Shown here piece by piece: positions 1-8,745 of a stretch of 64,000 nt of DNA. Origin of the DNA: a bacterium (GTDB lineage: Bacteria; J088); contig JBFJWU010000001.1 in the NCBI GenBank assembly GCA_041623475.1, forward strand, positions 1,781-65,780, written 5' to 3'. The notes beneath the pieces are model-generated. The model saw only the letters and a program-made list of their open reading frames with translations. It was not told the DNA's origin and made no database searches. The position numbers and the translations under genes were made by a program. Every line of letters starts with the position of its first letter. Position 1 is the first letter of the stretch.

Positions 1-234
1 CAGCCATCATTGCGCCGAATTCCGGTGATCGTGTTGACCAGCCTGTCGCTGGATATCCACGACATCGCCAAACTTCTGGGCGGGGTGTCTTTGATCGTTC
101 CCAAGAACCGCCTGGACCTGTTTCGCCGTGATGCCTTGCCGGCGATCGCCCGGGCCATCGTCGCCGACGAGGCCGTGGCCTGGGGCAAACTGCGCCGCGC
201 GTTTATGCTGGTCCAGGACCGAAACAGAAACTAG
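1..234 (+). CDS. Partial CDS (5' end outside window): C-terminal part of a receiver (REC) domain, from a response regulator or hybrid sensor kinase
   Basis: Frame 1 reads QPSLRRIPVIVLTSLSLDIHDIAKLLGGVSLIVPK..., matching the beta4-alpha4-beta5 region of CheY-like receivers (PVIVLT motif). Stop codon TAG at 232-234. Confidence 0.5.
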   Translation, partial: QPSLRRIPVIVLTSLSLDIHDIAKLLGGVSLIVPKNRLDLFRRDALPAIARAIVADEAVAWGKLRRAFMLVQDRNRN

Positions 235-235
235 C

Positions 236-619
236 TTATTCCCGCACCCTGGCAACAATTTCCCTGATTTGCGCAGGCAGCTCAATTGGATCAAATGGCT
301 TGCCAATGACACCGATGGCCCCGTAGGACACATATTCGCTGACTTCACCTGTCTGGACCTTTGCCGTCAGGAAGACAACCGGGATCCGGGAAATATCCGG
401 GTCTTCAAGTATTTCCGCAAGTGCGGCTCGACCGTCCATCACCGGCATCATCATGTCCATCAGAATGACGTCCGGTTTCTCCTGTCGTGCCATTTCAATT
501 CCCTCTTGACCATTCGCGGCCTCGACCACCGACCAGCCACCAACTTTCTGCAGGCTCATTCGACCAATCGTGCGAATATCGGGATCATCGTCAACTAGCA
601 GTACTTTCTCAATTGTCAC
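236..619 (-). CDS. Single-domain CheY-like response regulator (127 aa). GTG start overlaps the stop of the upstream kinase.
   Basis: Translation VTIEKVLLVDDDPDIRTIGRMSL...ILMDMMMPVMDG...VVFLTAK is a canonical REC domain. The 243-aa track ORF is over-extended; GTG at 619-617 gives a domain-sized protein, overlapping the kinase stop (609-611) by 11 nt. Confidence 0.8.
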   Translation of the reverse strand: MTIEKVLLVDDDPDIRTIGRMSLQKVGGWSVVEAANGQEGIEMARQEKPDVILMDMMMPVMDGRAALAEILEDPDISRIPVVFLTAKVQTGEVSEYVSYGAIGVIGKPFDPIELPAQIREIVARVRE

Positions 620-2105
620 CCGCGCCCCCTTTGCGTTCAGGAACAGTAAACCAGAACACCGTGCCCGCCGAATCGATCGTTTCAAATCCAATCGCCCCGC
701 CGTGGGCCTCGACCAGTGCCTTTGAAATCGGCAATCCCAACCCGGTCCCCTTCTTGTCGGCGGTATGCTCGTGTACCTGCCCGAATCGTTCGAACACCAC
801 ATCGGCGTGTTCCGGTAATATTCCGGGACCATTGTCTGCGATTTCGAACCGGATACTCCCGGAATTGGCTGTCGCTCGAAGCGTAACGGTACTACCGGAC
901 GGCGAAAATTTGATGGCATTGGATACGAGGTTGGCCACAACCTGCTGCATCCGCACCGGATCCGCAAACATCGTCAGTGGCCCGCCTGCAACGCTGGCCA
1001 CCAGTTCAATTCCCTCGCCCGAGGCAATCCCGTCGTTGCCATCGACGCATTCGCGAAGAAATTCGCCGACATCGACGGACATCGGTGCGATTTCCATTTT
1101 ACCGGCCTGGATTTTCTGCATGTCCAGGATGTCATTCAACAGCAAAATCAATCGCTGGCAGTTTCGCCGACAGATTTCCAGCAGATTCGTCGCTTCGCCG
1201 TCGATATTTCCTGACAATCCGGCAAGCAACAGTTTTATCGAACCGTAGATAGACGTAACGGGTGTCCGCAGTTCGTGGCTGACAATCGATACAAATGTAT
1301 CCTGCAACGCCGCAAGCTCCTGCCGGGCGGACACGTCCCGCAGGTTCAAACCGATCAGTGTTTCGGAAATCGTTTCGATCGGAAACAACGACACTTCAAG
1401 CTGCATCGGGCGGCCGCCCTCTTTCTGTACTTCAATCTCAAATGACTTCCCGCCCGTCTCCTGAAGTTCGGCAAACGCCACAGCAGGCTCATCAAGGACT
1501 CCCGGACAAAGGTCGGCAACGCGTTTACCCAGGCATTCGTCCTCGCGATATCCCATCAGGGTTTCGCATCTCCGGTTAACGGAGCGGATGATTCCGTCGG
1601 AATCCGCGACGCCAATGGCGTCCTGCATATTGTCAAGGATCGCCCGAAGGAAAGATTCGTTCCTGGCCAGTGCCGTTTCCGACTTGTGGGCGGCCAACCG
1701 AGCGTCCCGGACTTTCATGGCATACCGCAGTGCCATGCCAACACCGTCGGGAGTCAACATGGCCTTGCTCATGTAGTCGGTCGCGCCAGCCTTCATCCAG
1801 TCAACAGCGACCAATTCATTGCCTCGACCCGTAAATGCAACAACCGGCGTCACATCATCATGCTCGCGTACATCACGCAGGATTTCGAGACCATCCGCGT
1901 CTGGCAGTTTGTAGTCCAGGAATACACAATCAAAATCGCCACCAAGGATCGTTGCAATCGCATCCTTTCCGGAAACGAGTTCAGTGATTTTGGCGGATTC
2001 GGAAAACTTCCCTACGGCTCGACGCAACGCGATTCGATCCGCCTCGTCATCATCAACGATCAGCAAATTCAGAAATGCGGTTTCGTGGTCTTTGCCTGCG
2101 GGCAC
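609..2105 (-). CDS. Hybrid sensor histidine kinase: N-terminal REC, then PAS, HisKA, HATPase_c
   Basis: LLIVDDDEADR...FLDYKLPDADG (REC). PAS-like block. H-box VSHELRTPVTSI. N/G boxes NLVSNAIKFS...DNGPGI...GTGLGL. Confidence 0.9.
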   Translation of the reverse strand: MPAGKDHETAFLNLLIVDDDEADRIALRRAVGKFSESAKITELVSGKDAIATILGGDFDCVFLDYKLPDADGLEILRDVREHDDVTPVVAFTGRGNELVAVDWMKAGATDYMSKAMLTPDGVGMALRYAMKVRDARLAAHKSETALARNESFLRAILDNMQDAIGVADSDGIIRSVNRRCETLMGYREDECLGKRVADLCPGVLDEPAVAFAELQETGGKSFEIEVQKEGGRPMQLEVSLFPIETISETLIGLNLRDVSARQELAALQDTFVSIVSHELRTPVTSIYGSIKLLLAGLSGNIDGEATNLLEICRRNCQRLILLLNDILDMQKIQAGKMEIAPMSVDVGEFLRECVDGNDGIASGEGIELVASVAGGPLTMFADPVRMQQVVANLVSNAIKFSPSGSTVTLRATANSGSIRFEIADNGPGILPEHADVVFERFGQVHEHTADKKGTGLGLPISKALVEAHGGAIGFETIDSAGTVFWFTVPERKGGAGDN

Positions 2106-2107
2106 AA

Positions 2108-2545
2108 TCAGCTCTCCGGTTGTTCAATCAGTTGCCAATAGGCGCTCAACGTGCCCACGGCCTCGACGAACCGCGCAAAGTCAACAGGCTTCAGGACGTA
2201 ACCGGCAACGTTCAGGTCATACGCCTCGATCTTGTCGCTGTCTTCGTTGGACGTCGTCAGGACAAAGACGCTCAGGGACTTCAGGTCCTGGTCCTTGCGA
2301 ATCTCCCGCAGAAATTCGATACCTCCCATCTTCGGCATATTCAGGTCCAACATGACGATTCGGGGCAGAGGATCAAGCTTTTTGACTCCGTCCGCCCCAC
2401 GCAGCATGGCCAGCCCCTCCAGTCCGTTACGCGCGACATGCAGCGGGTTGGCAAGATTGTGTTTCTTGAATGCCCGTTTGATTGTCATGACATCCACGTC
2501 ATCGTCCTCGACCAGCAAAATGCTCAATGGCTTAGGTTCGTTCAT
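2108..2545 (-). CDS. Single-domain response regulator (receiver only)
   Basis: ILLVEDDDVDVMTIKRAF...VMLDLNMPKMGG...VFVLTTSNEDSD..GYVLKP. ATGA start/stop overlap with the kinase upstream of it. Confidence 0.9.
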   Translation of the reverse strand: MNEPKPLSILLVEDDDVDVMTIKRAFKKHNLANPLHVARNGLEGLAMLRGADGVKKLDPLPRIVMLDLNMPKMGGIEFLREIRKDQDLKSLSVFVLTTSNEDSDKIEAYDLNVAGYVLKPVDFARFVEAVGTLSAYWQLIEQPES

Positions 2546-3219
2546 TGGCTTGCTCCGTTCTTTGGCCAGGTAAATGCAACCCTGGTCCCTTCATCATAGT
2601 CTTTGATGTCCAGTTGCCCGCCGGCGTTCGCGACAATCTTGTCACATATTGCCAGGCCCATTCCGAGACACTGTTCAACAGAAATGTCGCGACCGCGTTC
2701 GAACAGTTCCAATACCCTCTGTCGGTCAGCATCAGGTATGCCCGGACCGTCATCTGTGATCTCGAACAACCAGAAATGACCGGCGTCTTCCGCGCTCACG
2801 CTGATCTCGGTCGGCCTGCCGTGTGTCACAGCGTTGGCCAGTAGCTGTCGGAACAGTTCCAGCAGTTCCCAGCGCTCGCCCTGAATGCGCGGCAAGTCGC
2901 CGATCACCAATTGACATTGGTCTTCGATTGCCAATTCAGCGGCAACGTCGCGTACGAGTGGTCCAGCATCTACTTCGACACGGCCATCGCCGATTCGGCC
3001 GATACGGGAATGCAGCAGCAGCGAATCCAGCATTGCGTCCAGGCGGTCGACACGTTCGGCCAACAGCCGCAGATAGTCTTCGAGTTCCTTATCGATCTTG
3101 TCACCGAGATCTTCGGCAATCCAGTCAGCGATGTTGCGGATCCCGCGCAGCGGCGCCCGGAAATCGTGCGAGATGACATGAATCAGCTGGTCAACGGTCG
3201 ATCGCGAACCGTCACTCAT
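2542..3219 (-). CDS. Cytoplasmic sensor-less histidine kinase core (HisKA + HATPase_c only)
   Basis: H-box ISHDFRAPLRGI. N box LLANAVTHG. G boxes DDGPGIP..GMGLAI. No TM or sensor domain, 225 aa. ATGA overlaps with genes on both sides. Confidence 0.85.
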   Translation of the reverse strand: MSDGSRSTVDQLIHVISHDFRAPLRGIRNIADWIAEDLGDKIDKELEDYLRLLAERVDRLDAMLDSLLLHSRIGRIGDGRVEVDAGPLVRDVAAELAIEDQCQLVIGDLPRIQGERWELLELFRQLLANAVTHGRPTEISVSAEDAGHFWLFEITDDGPGIPDADRQRVLELFERGRDISVEQCLGMGLAICDKIVANAGGQLDIKDYDEGTRVAFTWPKNGASQ

Positions 3220-3581
3220 GTCGATTCCCTCAGGACCAGCCGCAACGGGGATCCCCTGAGCCCGCTGCCGATTTCCGACAGTAACCTGCCCGGAAAACCT
3301 GCCGGGTCCTGCGATTCCACGTCGTCAATGACGATGATCCGGGCATCGGGAAACCGTTGGGACGCAAGATCCCGGGCCGCAGCCAGTTCGTGGGGGGTCC
3401 GGTCAGCCGCACACACAAGAACGACAACGGTAATGTCGCCATCGACGATTGGCTGGTCACACTGAAGGTCAAGGACCCAGTCCGGGTCCAGGACACCATC
3501 CAGGATGCCGCGCAGGTGTGCGCGTTGACCTGGGTCTCCACCGACGAGCATCACCGCCCCTCGGCCAGTTGTATCAGTCAT
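3216..3581 (-). CDS. Small receiver-like (degenerate or pseudo-receiver) protein, 121 aa
   Basis: Alternating beta/alpha pattern AVMLVGGD...ITVVVLVCAADRTP...ARIIVIDDV, reminiscent of a REC fold with non-canonical residues. ATG at 3581 overlaps the upstream kinase stop by 8 nt (ATGACTGA). Confidence 0.5.
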   Translation of the reverse strand: MTDTTGRGAVMLVGGDPGQRAHLRGILDGVLDPDWVLDLQCDQPIVDGDITVVVLVCAADRTPHELAAARDLASQRFPDARIIVIDDVESQDPAGFPGRLLSEIGSGLRGSPLRLVLREST

Positions 3582-5523
3582 CCGCAACCTCCAGGACCAG
3601 GGGCCAGGAAAAAAAGAATGTTGTTCCGCGAACGCCATCGGACTCAACCCAGGCGTGGCCGTTTGCCTGCGAGACGATCTTCTGGACAATTGACAGGCCG
3701 ACGCCGGTACTTTCAACTTCGTCCCGCCGTTCCAGGGTCTGAAATATCTTGAAAATCCTGTCGTGGTATTCGGGTGCAATTCCCGGCCCATCGTCACGGA
3801 CCCAAAACACCCAGAAACCCTCTCGCTCTTCGGCGTCTATTTCGATATGGCCGCGGTCGCGATCGTGATACTTGCAGGCATTGCTGACCAGATTGGCAAA
3901 CAATTGCTGCACCTGGGTTGAATCACCACGAATGACCGGCATGTTCGGGCCGATGGTAACGGAAAAGCCGTCCGGCAGGGCGAGGGCCTCAACGACCTCG
4001 CTTGCAATAGTGCCGGTATCAATGAATGCTTCGGTAACCGTTCCCCGGCCAACGCGACTGTAATCAAGAATTCCGTCAATCAGGGCCTCCATTCGACGCA
4101 CACGTCCGGTCAGGATTTCCAGATGTTCACGAGACTCATCAGGAAGTTCTTCGCCCGTGTCCTCCCGGATCCAGTTGGCCAGATTCGCGATCGCGCGCAA
4201 TGGTGCCTTCAGGTCGTGGGACACAATGTAGGCGAACTGTTCCAGTTCGTCATTGCTGGCCTTCAGTTCCCGGTTGAGTTGTTCAAGGTCCAGGCGCAAT
4301 TGAATCTGATCGGTAATATCACGGGCAACCGCATATATTCGCCCCAGTTCGGTATCAGAGGTTGCCGACCAGTCCAGCCATCGATAGCTGCCATCCTTTG
4401 CCTGGTAACGGTTCTGGAAGGCAACGATGACGCCCCCCTCTGACAACCCTGCTGCAGCCTGGGCCGTTGCATCCCGGTCCTCTGGATGGACGAACTCGAC
4501 AAATGGCCGCGACAAGAGCTCTTCTTCCGAATATCCCAGCAACTCGGACCACGCCGGGTTGAGACGCGTAAAAAATCCTTCGAAATTGGCAATACAAAGC
4601 AGGTCAAGCGAAACGCCAAAGAATTGCGACAATTCCTGTTCGAGCCGCTTTCGATCGGTGGCGTCCCGGACGATCCCGACGAATTTACGCTGGTCCTGGA
4701 CCTGATATTCGGACACTGAAAGATCCAGTGGGAAAGTTGTCCCGTCGGCGCGCAACCCGGTTACTTCGCGCCCGATCCCGATAATCCTGGCTTCGCCGGT
4801 ATCCAGATATGAGCGAATGTACCTGTCGTGATCAGCCTTGTACGGGTCAGGCATCAGAACATTGACATTTCGACCAATTGCATTTTCGGGACTGTATCCG
4901 AACAATCGCTCCGCACCGGGGTTAATGGCTTCGATGAAACCGGATTCGTCAATCACGATGATACCGTCATGCACACCGCGAAAAACGCCGGCCAGCCTGG
5001 CGTCCCGTTCCCTGGCCTCGGCCAGTTCCCGAACGTGCAGGCGCATATCCATCAACAACGCCACCTGCCGCGCAAGAATTTGCAGATGTTCCAGTTGCTG
5101 TTCGTCCAGTTGCATCGGTTCGTCGCTGATGACACACAAAGTCCCGAGATTAAAACCGTCATGGCTCTGGAGGAGTGCTCCAGCATACGATCGCACGTGG
5201 GGGGCCCCGGTTACCAAAGGATTGTCCGCAAAACGTGGATCCTTGAATGCATCCGGAACCACCAGCATCCTGTTGTCGGCAACAGCGTGTGCGCAGAATG
5301 CCACGGCCCTGGGCGTCTCGCCTGCATCCAGGCCAACTCGGGACTTGAACCATTGCCGGTCCTCGTCGATCAACGATACGAGTCCAATCGGCGTACCACA
5401 GATATCTGTAGCCAGCTTGACCAGATCATCAAACGCTGTTTCTGCTTCAGTGTCAAGGATTTGATAGCTGCGCAGCCGCGCCAGCCGTTCGGGCTCATCA
5501 GTCGGAATGTCAGGTGTTTTCAC
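3574..5523 (-). CDS. Cytoplasmic GAF-PAS-PAS sensor histidine kinase
   Basis: N-terminal GAF-like region. Two PAS blocks (IIVIDESGFIEAINPGAERLFGYS; FFTRLNPAWSELLGYSEEEL). H-box VSHDLKAPLRAI. N/G boxes NLVSNACKY, DDGPGIAPE, GVGLSI. Confidence 0.9.
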   Translation of the reverse strand: MKTPDIPTDEPERLARLRSYQILDTEAETAFDDLVKLATDICGTPIGLVSLIDEDRQWFKSRVGLDAGETPRAVAFCAHAVADNRMLVVPDAFKDPRFADNPLVTGAPHVRSYAGALLQSHDGFNLGTLCVISDEPMQLDEQQLEHLQILARQVALLMDMRLHVRELAEARERDARLAGVFRGVHDGIIVIDESGFIEAINPGAERLFGYSPENAIGRNVNVLMPDPYKADHDRYIRSYLDTGEARIIGIGREVTGLRADGTTFPLDLSVSEYQVQDQRKFVGIVRDATDRKRLEQELSQFFGVSLDLLCIANFEGFFTRLNPAWSELLGYSEEELLSRPFVEFVHPEDRDATAQAAAGLSEGGVIVAFQNRYQAKDGSYRWLDWSATSDTELGRIYAVARDITDQIQLRLDLEQLNRELKASNDELEQFAYIVSHDLKAPLRAIANLANWIREDTGEELPDESREHLEILTGRVRRMEALIDGILDYSRVGRGTVTEAFIDTGTIASEVVEALALPDGFSVTIGPNMPVIRGDSTQVQQLFANLVSNACKYHDRDRGHIEIDAEEREGFWVFWVRDDGPGIAPEYHDRIFKIFQTLERRDEVESTGVGLSIVQKIVSQANGHAWVESDGVRGTTFFFSWPLVLEVADD

Positions 5524-5615
5524 AACGCCCCCGGACTAGTTGCGCGACGCAACATTTCATCTGCGATCAATTGCCTGGTATTGAAATCAAACATCGTTGC
5601 TCAGTATAAATAACA

Positions 5616-6947
5616 TCAGCCAGGAGCGACACAGACGCGGTTCCGGCCGGTGTTTTTGGCATCATACAGGGCGCTGTCGGCCCGGGACTCCAGGTTTTGC
5701 CAATCTTCCCCGTCGGCAAATTGCGCGATACCGCAACTTACCGTGATCGAAAAGGTCTCTGCGCCAGCCTCGAAAAGTATTCTGGATGTGTCTTCGCGAA
5801 TTCGCTCGACGATCTTTCCGGCGGCGACGGCATCCTGGTCCGGAAAGACAACCATGAACTCTTCGCCACCAAGGCGTCCAACCAGATCACCGGCTCGAAT
5901 CCCGCGGGACAGCAACCGGGCAAATGCCCGCAGGACCCGGTCGCCGATCGGATGACCCCATTTGTCGTTGACCTGTTTGAAATGGTCAATATCAAAAATT
6001 GCGATCGACAGCGATCCCCCTTTGCGAATCGTTCGCTGCAATTCAAGACCGCCGTATGACCGAACGCTGGACGCGTTCAGAACAGCCGTCAGGCCGTCGA
6101 TCGAGGTCATTTTTCGCAGTTGGCGTGCCCGGTCCAACTGGCCCCGCACAACTGCGCGCAGTTGCTGTATTCCCATGCTTTTGTCCAGAAAAACAGCGCC
6201 GCCGGTCTGAACCGCCTTCTGTTTTGTATCGTCGTCCACACCACCCGTCAGAAAAATAAAACGGGTCAGGTTGAAGGCACCTGTCTGGATTATGGCTTCG
6301 GCAATCTGTATGCCATTTGCATTCGGCAGGCCAATGTCCATCAGGACCACGGCGGGATCAAAGTCTGTCGCTGTTGCAAGCGCCTGATAGGGATCCTGTT
6401 CAACCCTGACATCGATGCCTAACCGACCGAGGACCCGGCGCACGATCACTGCATAGTCATAGTCATCATCAACCAGCAGAACCCTGGGTCGATCGTCGGC
6501 AACCATCGGCATCATTTGCAGAAGCAAATCGACAATCGTCTCGACCTCTTCGCCGGCGGGCACGAATGCGCGGCTTCCCAGCTGTACGGCGCGCAGACGT
6601 TCGGCAAACGAGTCAACTGGCGAAACCATTATCGAGGCTGCGGACACGAAGTTGGCCATCAACTTCCCCCACACGGCCCGGGTTTCATCAGTCTCACCGA
6701 TCTGGTCCAGGCCCGCGATCACCACATCAGGCTCGACACCACGACTGGCAACAGCCAGGGCATCCAGTGACACAAAATGCCGGACCGAGTACCCTGCTCC
6801 ACGCAATGCGACCGGAAGGTTTCCGCGAACATATTCATCGCGTAACAGTACATACACGGTTGGAACGCGGGCTTCCACCCTGGTCGTCGTCGCGGTACTA
6901 CTGCCATTCGGCAGTTGTTGGGTAAGATGCATGGATATTACCGACAC
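5616..6947 (-). CDS. PleD-like response regulator diguanylate cyclase (REC-REC-GGDEF)
   Basis: Second REC domain RVLLVDDDYD...VLMDIGLPNANG. GGDEF domain with RLGGEEF active-site motif and DIDHFKQVND. Confidence 0.9.
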   Translation of the reverse strand: MSVISMHLTQQLPNGSSTATTTRVEARVPTVYVLLRDEYVRGNLPVALRGAGYSVRHFVSLDALAVASRGVEPDVVIAGLDQIGETDETRAVWGKLMANFVSAASIMVSPVDSFAERLRAVQLGSRAFVPAGEEVETIVDLLLQMMPMVADDRPRVLLVDDDYDYAVIVRRVLGRLGIDVRVEQDPYQALATATDFDPAVVLMDIGLPNANGIQIAEAIIQTGAFNLTRFIFLTGGVDDDTKQKAVQTGGAVFLDKSMGIQQLRAVVRGQLDRARQLRKMTSIDGLTAVLNASSVRSYGGLELQRTIRKGGSLSIAIFDIDHFKQVNDKWGHPIGDRVLRAFARLLSRGIRAGDLVGRLGGEEFMVVFPDQDAVAAGKIVERIREDTSRILFEAGAETFSITVSCGIAQFADGEDWQNLESRADSALYDAKNTGRNRVCVAPG

Positions 6948-6976
6948 AGTTCAATCTTTCGTTATGGTGGCTACTG

Positions 6977-7297
6977 ATGACCGACCGAGACACTTCACTG
7001 GAACCGATTCCCGTAACCGTTGATCCGGACCTCGCAGACCTGGTCCCGACATACCTGGAACGCAGGCGCGCAGATGTCACAGACCTTCGCAAGGCCGTCG
7101 CTGGCCGAGATGCCGCGACGGCGCAGACGCTTGGTCATCGGATGAAAGGCACGGGTGCCAGTTACGGATTCGCGGAAATCACAACGACAGGTGCCCGAAT
7201 CGAAGAAGCGGCAAAAAACGAGGATTTCACCGAAGTTGCGTCTGCGACTGACGAACTTGAATCCCTCCTGGGCCGTTACCGGATTGTTGATACGTAG
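6977..7297 (+). CDS. Stand-alone histidine phosphotransfer (Hpt) protein
   Basis: Contains LGHRMKGTGASYGF (the HxxKG phosphotransfer motif) within a 106-aa four-helix-bundle-sized protein. Confidence 0.8.
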   Translation: MTDRDTSLEPIPVTVDPDLADLVPTYLERRRADVTDLRKAVAGRDAATAQTLGHRMKGTGASYGFAEITTTGARIEEAAKNEDFTEVASATDELESLLGRYRIVDT

Positions 7298-7307
7298 GTA
7301 CATTGGT

Positions 7308-8606
7308 TCAGGAGAACACCCGCCAGCCACGGCGACGGGCAATGTTTTCCAGCATGCGAGCTGAGTTTGGCAGCGGTGGACTGGTGGACTTCGCCGCGAT
7401 CCAGTTCTGCTCTTCATCGGCGCGAACGGCAATAATCCCGGCCAGCGGGGAGCCATCGGATGACTGGCCATCAGGATTGACAAAGGTCGCAGTGTAGGGT
7501 GCCGCGTCCTTCAGGGTCGTCGAGATCACTTCGGCAAGCGAATCGCCTGACCCGGGAAGCGTTTTCATTACGGCATCATCCTCGATCAGGATTCCAGCAG
7601 CGCCAAGGCACTGCGAAACCTGTCCAGCCCAGGCATTGAGCCCGGAACGATGCAGTTCACTGAGTTCGGAAAGTTCGGTTTCCAGGTAGGACGCGGTTCG
7701 TTGCATCAAGTCGTGGTACCCGAACACCGTTTCGAAAACCGCACGAAAGAAACTCGCCAGCTGATTCAATAACTGGACCTCCCACTGGGCAAACGGAGTC
7801 TGCGTACCTGTGCGGGCCAGCATCCAGACGATGTCACGGCGCTGGAATTCAAAACGCAATGGGACAAATGCCATGTGGTGGCGGTTCCAGGCACGAAACA
7901 ACGGCCCGGTCAGCGTCGTGGATCCGGCCTCGAATGCAACCGTTTCCACGTTTCCGACAATGCCCTCGAACTCGCCCGACTCGTCCATCAAACGGGCATT
8001 CTGCCACTTCGTCCCCAGGCCACGATTGGCAACAACCCGCCAGACCAGGCTGTCTGCCACCCGGACCAGGACCCCCGCCGAGTTGGTCTTGAACAAGGCC
8101 TCAATCTGGTCACCGACGTAGTCGTAAAATGCAGTAACCGACGGCAGGCTGCCTTTGGATATCTGGTCGAAATACCACTCCTGCAAAAGGAGCATGTTCA
8201 ACTGCGCCGCCCGTATTCCCGACACCTGCCGTTTGCGTGCAAATGTCTGGACCGCGTTTTCCTGGACAACATTGAACAACGGAAACGGCAGCGGTTTCGG
8301 CATGAAAAAGTCAGCGGCCATCGTTTCCGCGTGCGCCCCCAGTTCATCGTCAGCGACGCCGCTGATCAGGACGATCGAAATATCCTTGTTGGCCTGTCGC
8401 AGGTATTCGGCTGCTTCGTGGCCGGTTTCGCCGCCCAGGTCGTAATCGACAAACGCAACCGGAGTATTGTCGAAATTTTCGTCTGAATTCTTCAGTTCGG
8501 CAATCGAGCTGAACGTCAACGCCTGTCGTTCAATCTTCTGGCAGAAACGCTCGATCAGTGCACAAAACGACGGGTCGTCGTCAATTACCAGAAATTTGTC
8601 GGACAT
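7308..8606 (-). CDS. Response regulator with N-terminal REC and a ~300-aa uncharacterized C-terminal domain
   Basis: MSDKFLVIDDDPSFCALIERF...VAFVDYDLGGETG...IVLISG (REC), then a long domain with no motif I recognise. The 514-aa track ORF is over-extended; ATG at 8606 precedes the REC domain. Confidence 0.75.
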   Translation of the reverse strand: MSDKFLVIDDDPSFCALIERFCQKIERQALTFSSIAELKNSDENFDNTPVAFVDYDLGGETGHEAAEYLRQANKDISIVLISGVADDELGAHAETMAADFFMPKPLPFPLFNVVQENAVQTFARKRQVSGIRAAQLNMLLLQEWYFDQISKGSLPSVTAFYDYVGDQIEALFKTNSAGVLVRVADSLVWRVVANRGLGTKWQNARLMDESGEFEGIVGNVETVAFEAGSTTLTGPLFRAWNRHHMAFVPLRFEFQRRDIVWMLARTGTQTPFAQWEVQLLNQLASFFRAVFETVFGYHDLMQRTASYLETELSELSELHRSGLNAWAGQVSQCLGAAGILIEDDAVMKTLPGSGDSLAEVISTTLKDAAPYTATFVNPDGQSSDGSPLAGIIAVRADEEQNWIAAKSTSPPLPNSARMLENIARRRGWRVFS

Positions 8607-8745
8607 AGGAATTGCCTGCTTTCTTCCGGGATCGGTCACGCGACCCGCCGGGTCTGGGCGAATAGTTGCAAGAGCTGTGCCATTATTTTCGGCACGCATC
8701 TTGCTCGTATTGGCATGTTGTTCATTTTTACACAGGTTGTGCCCG

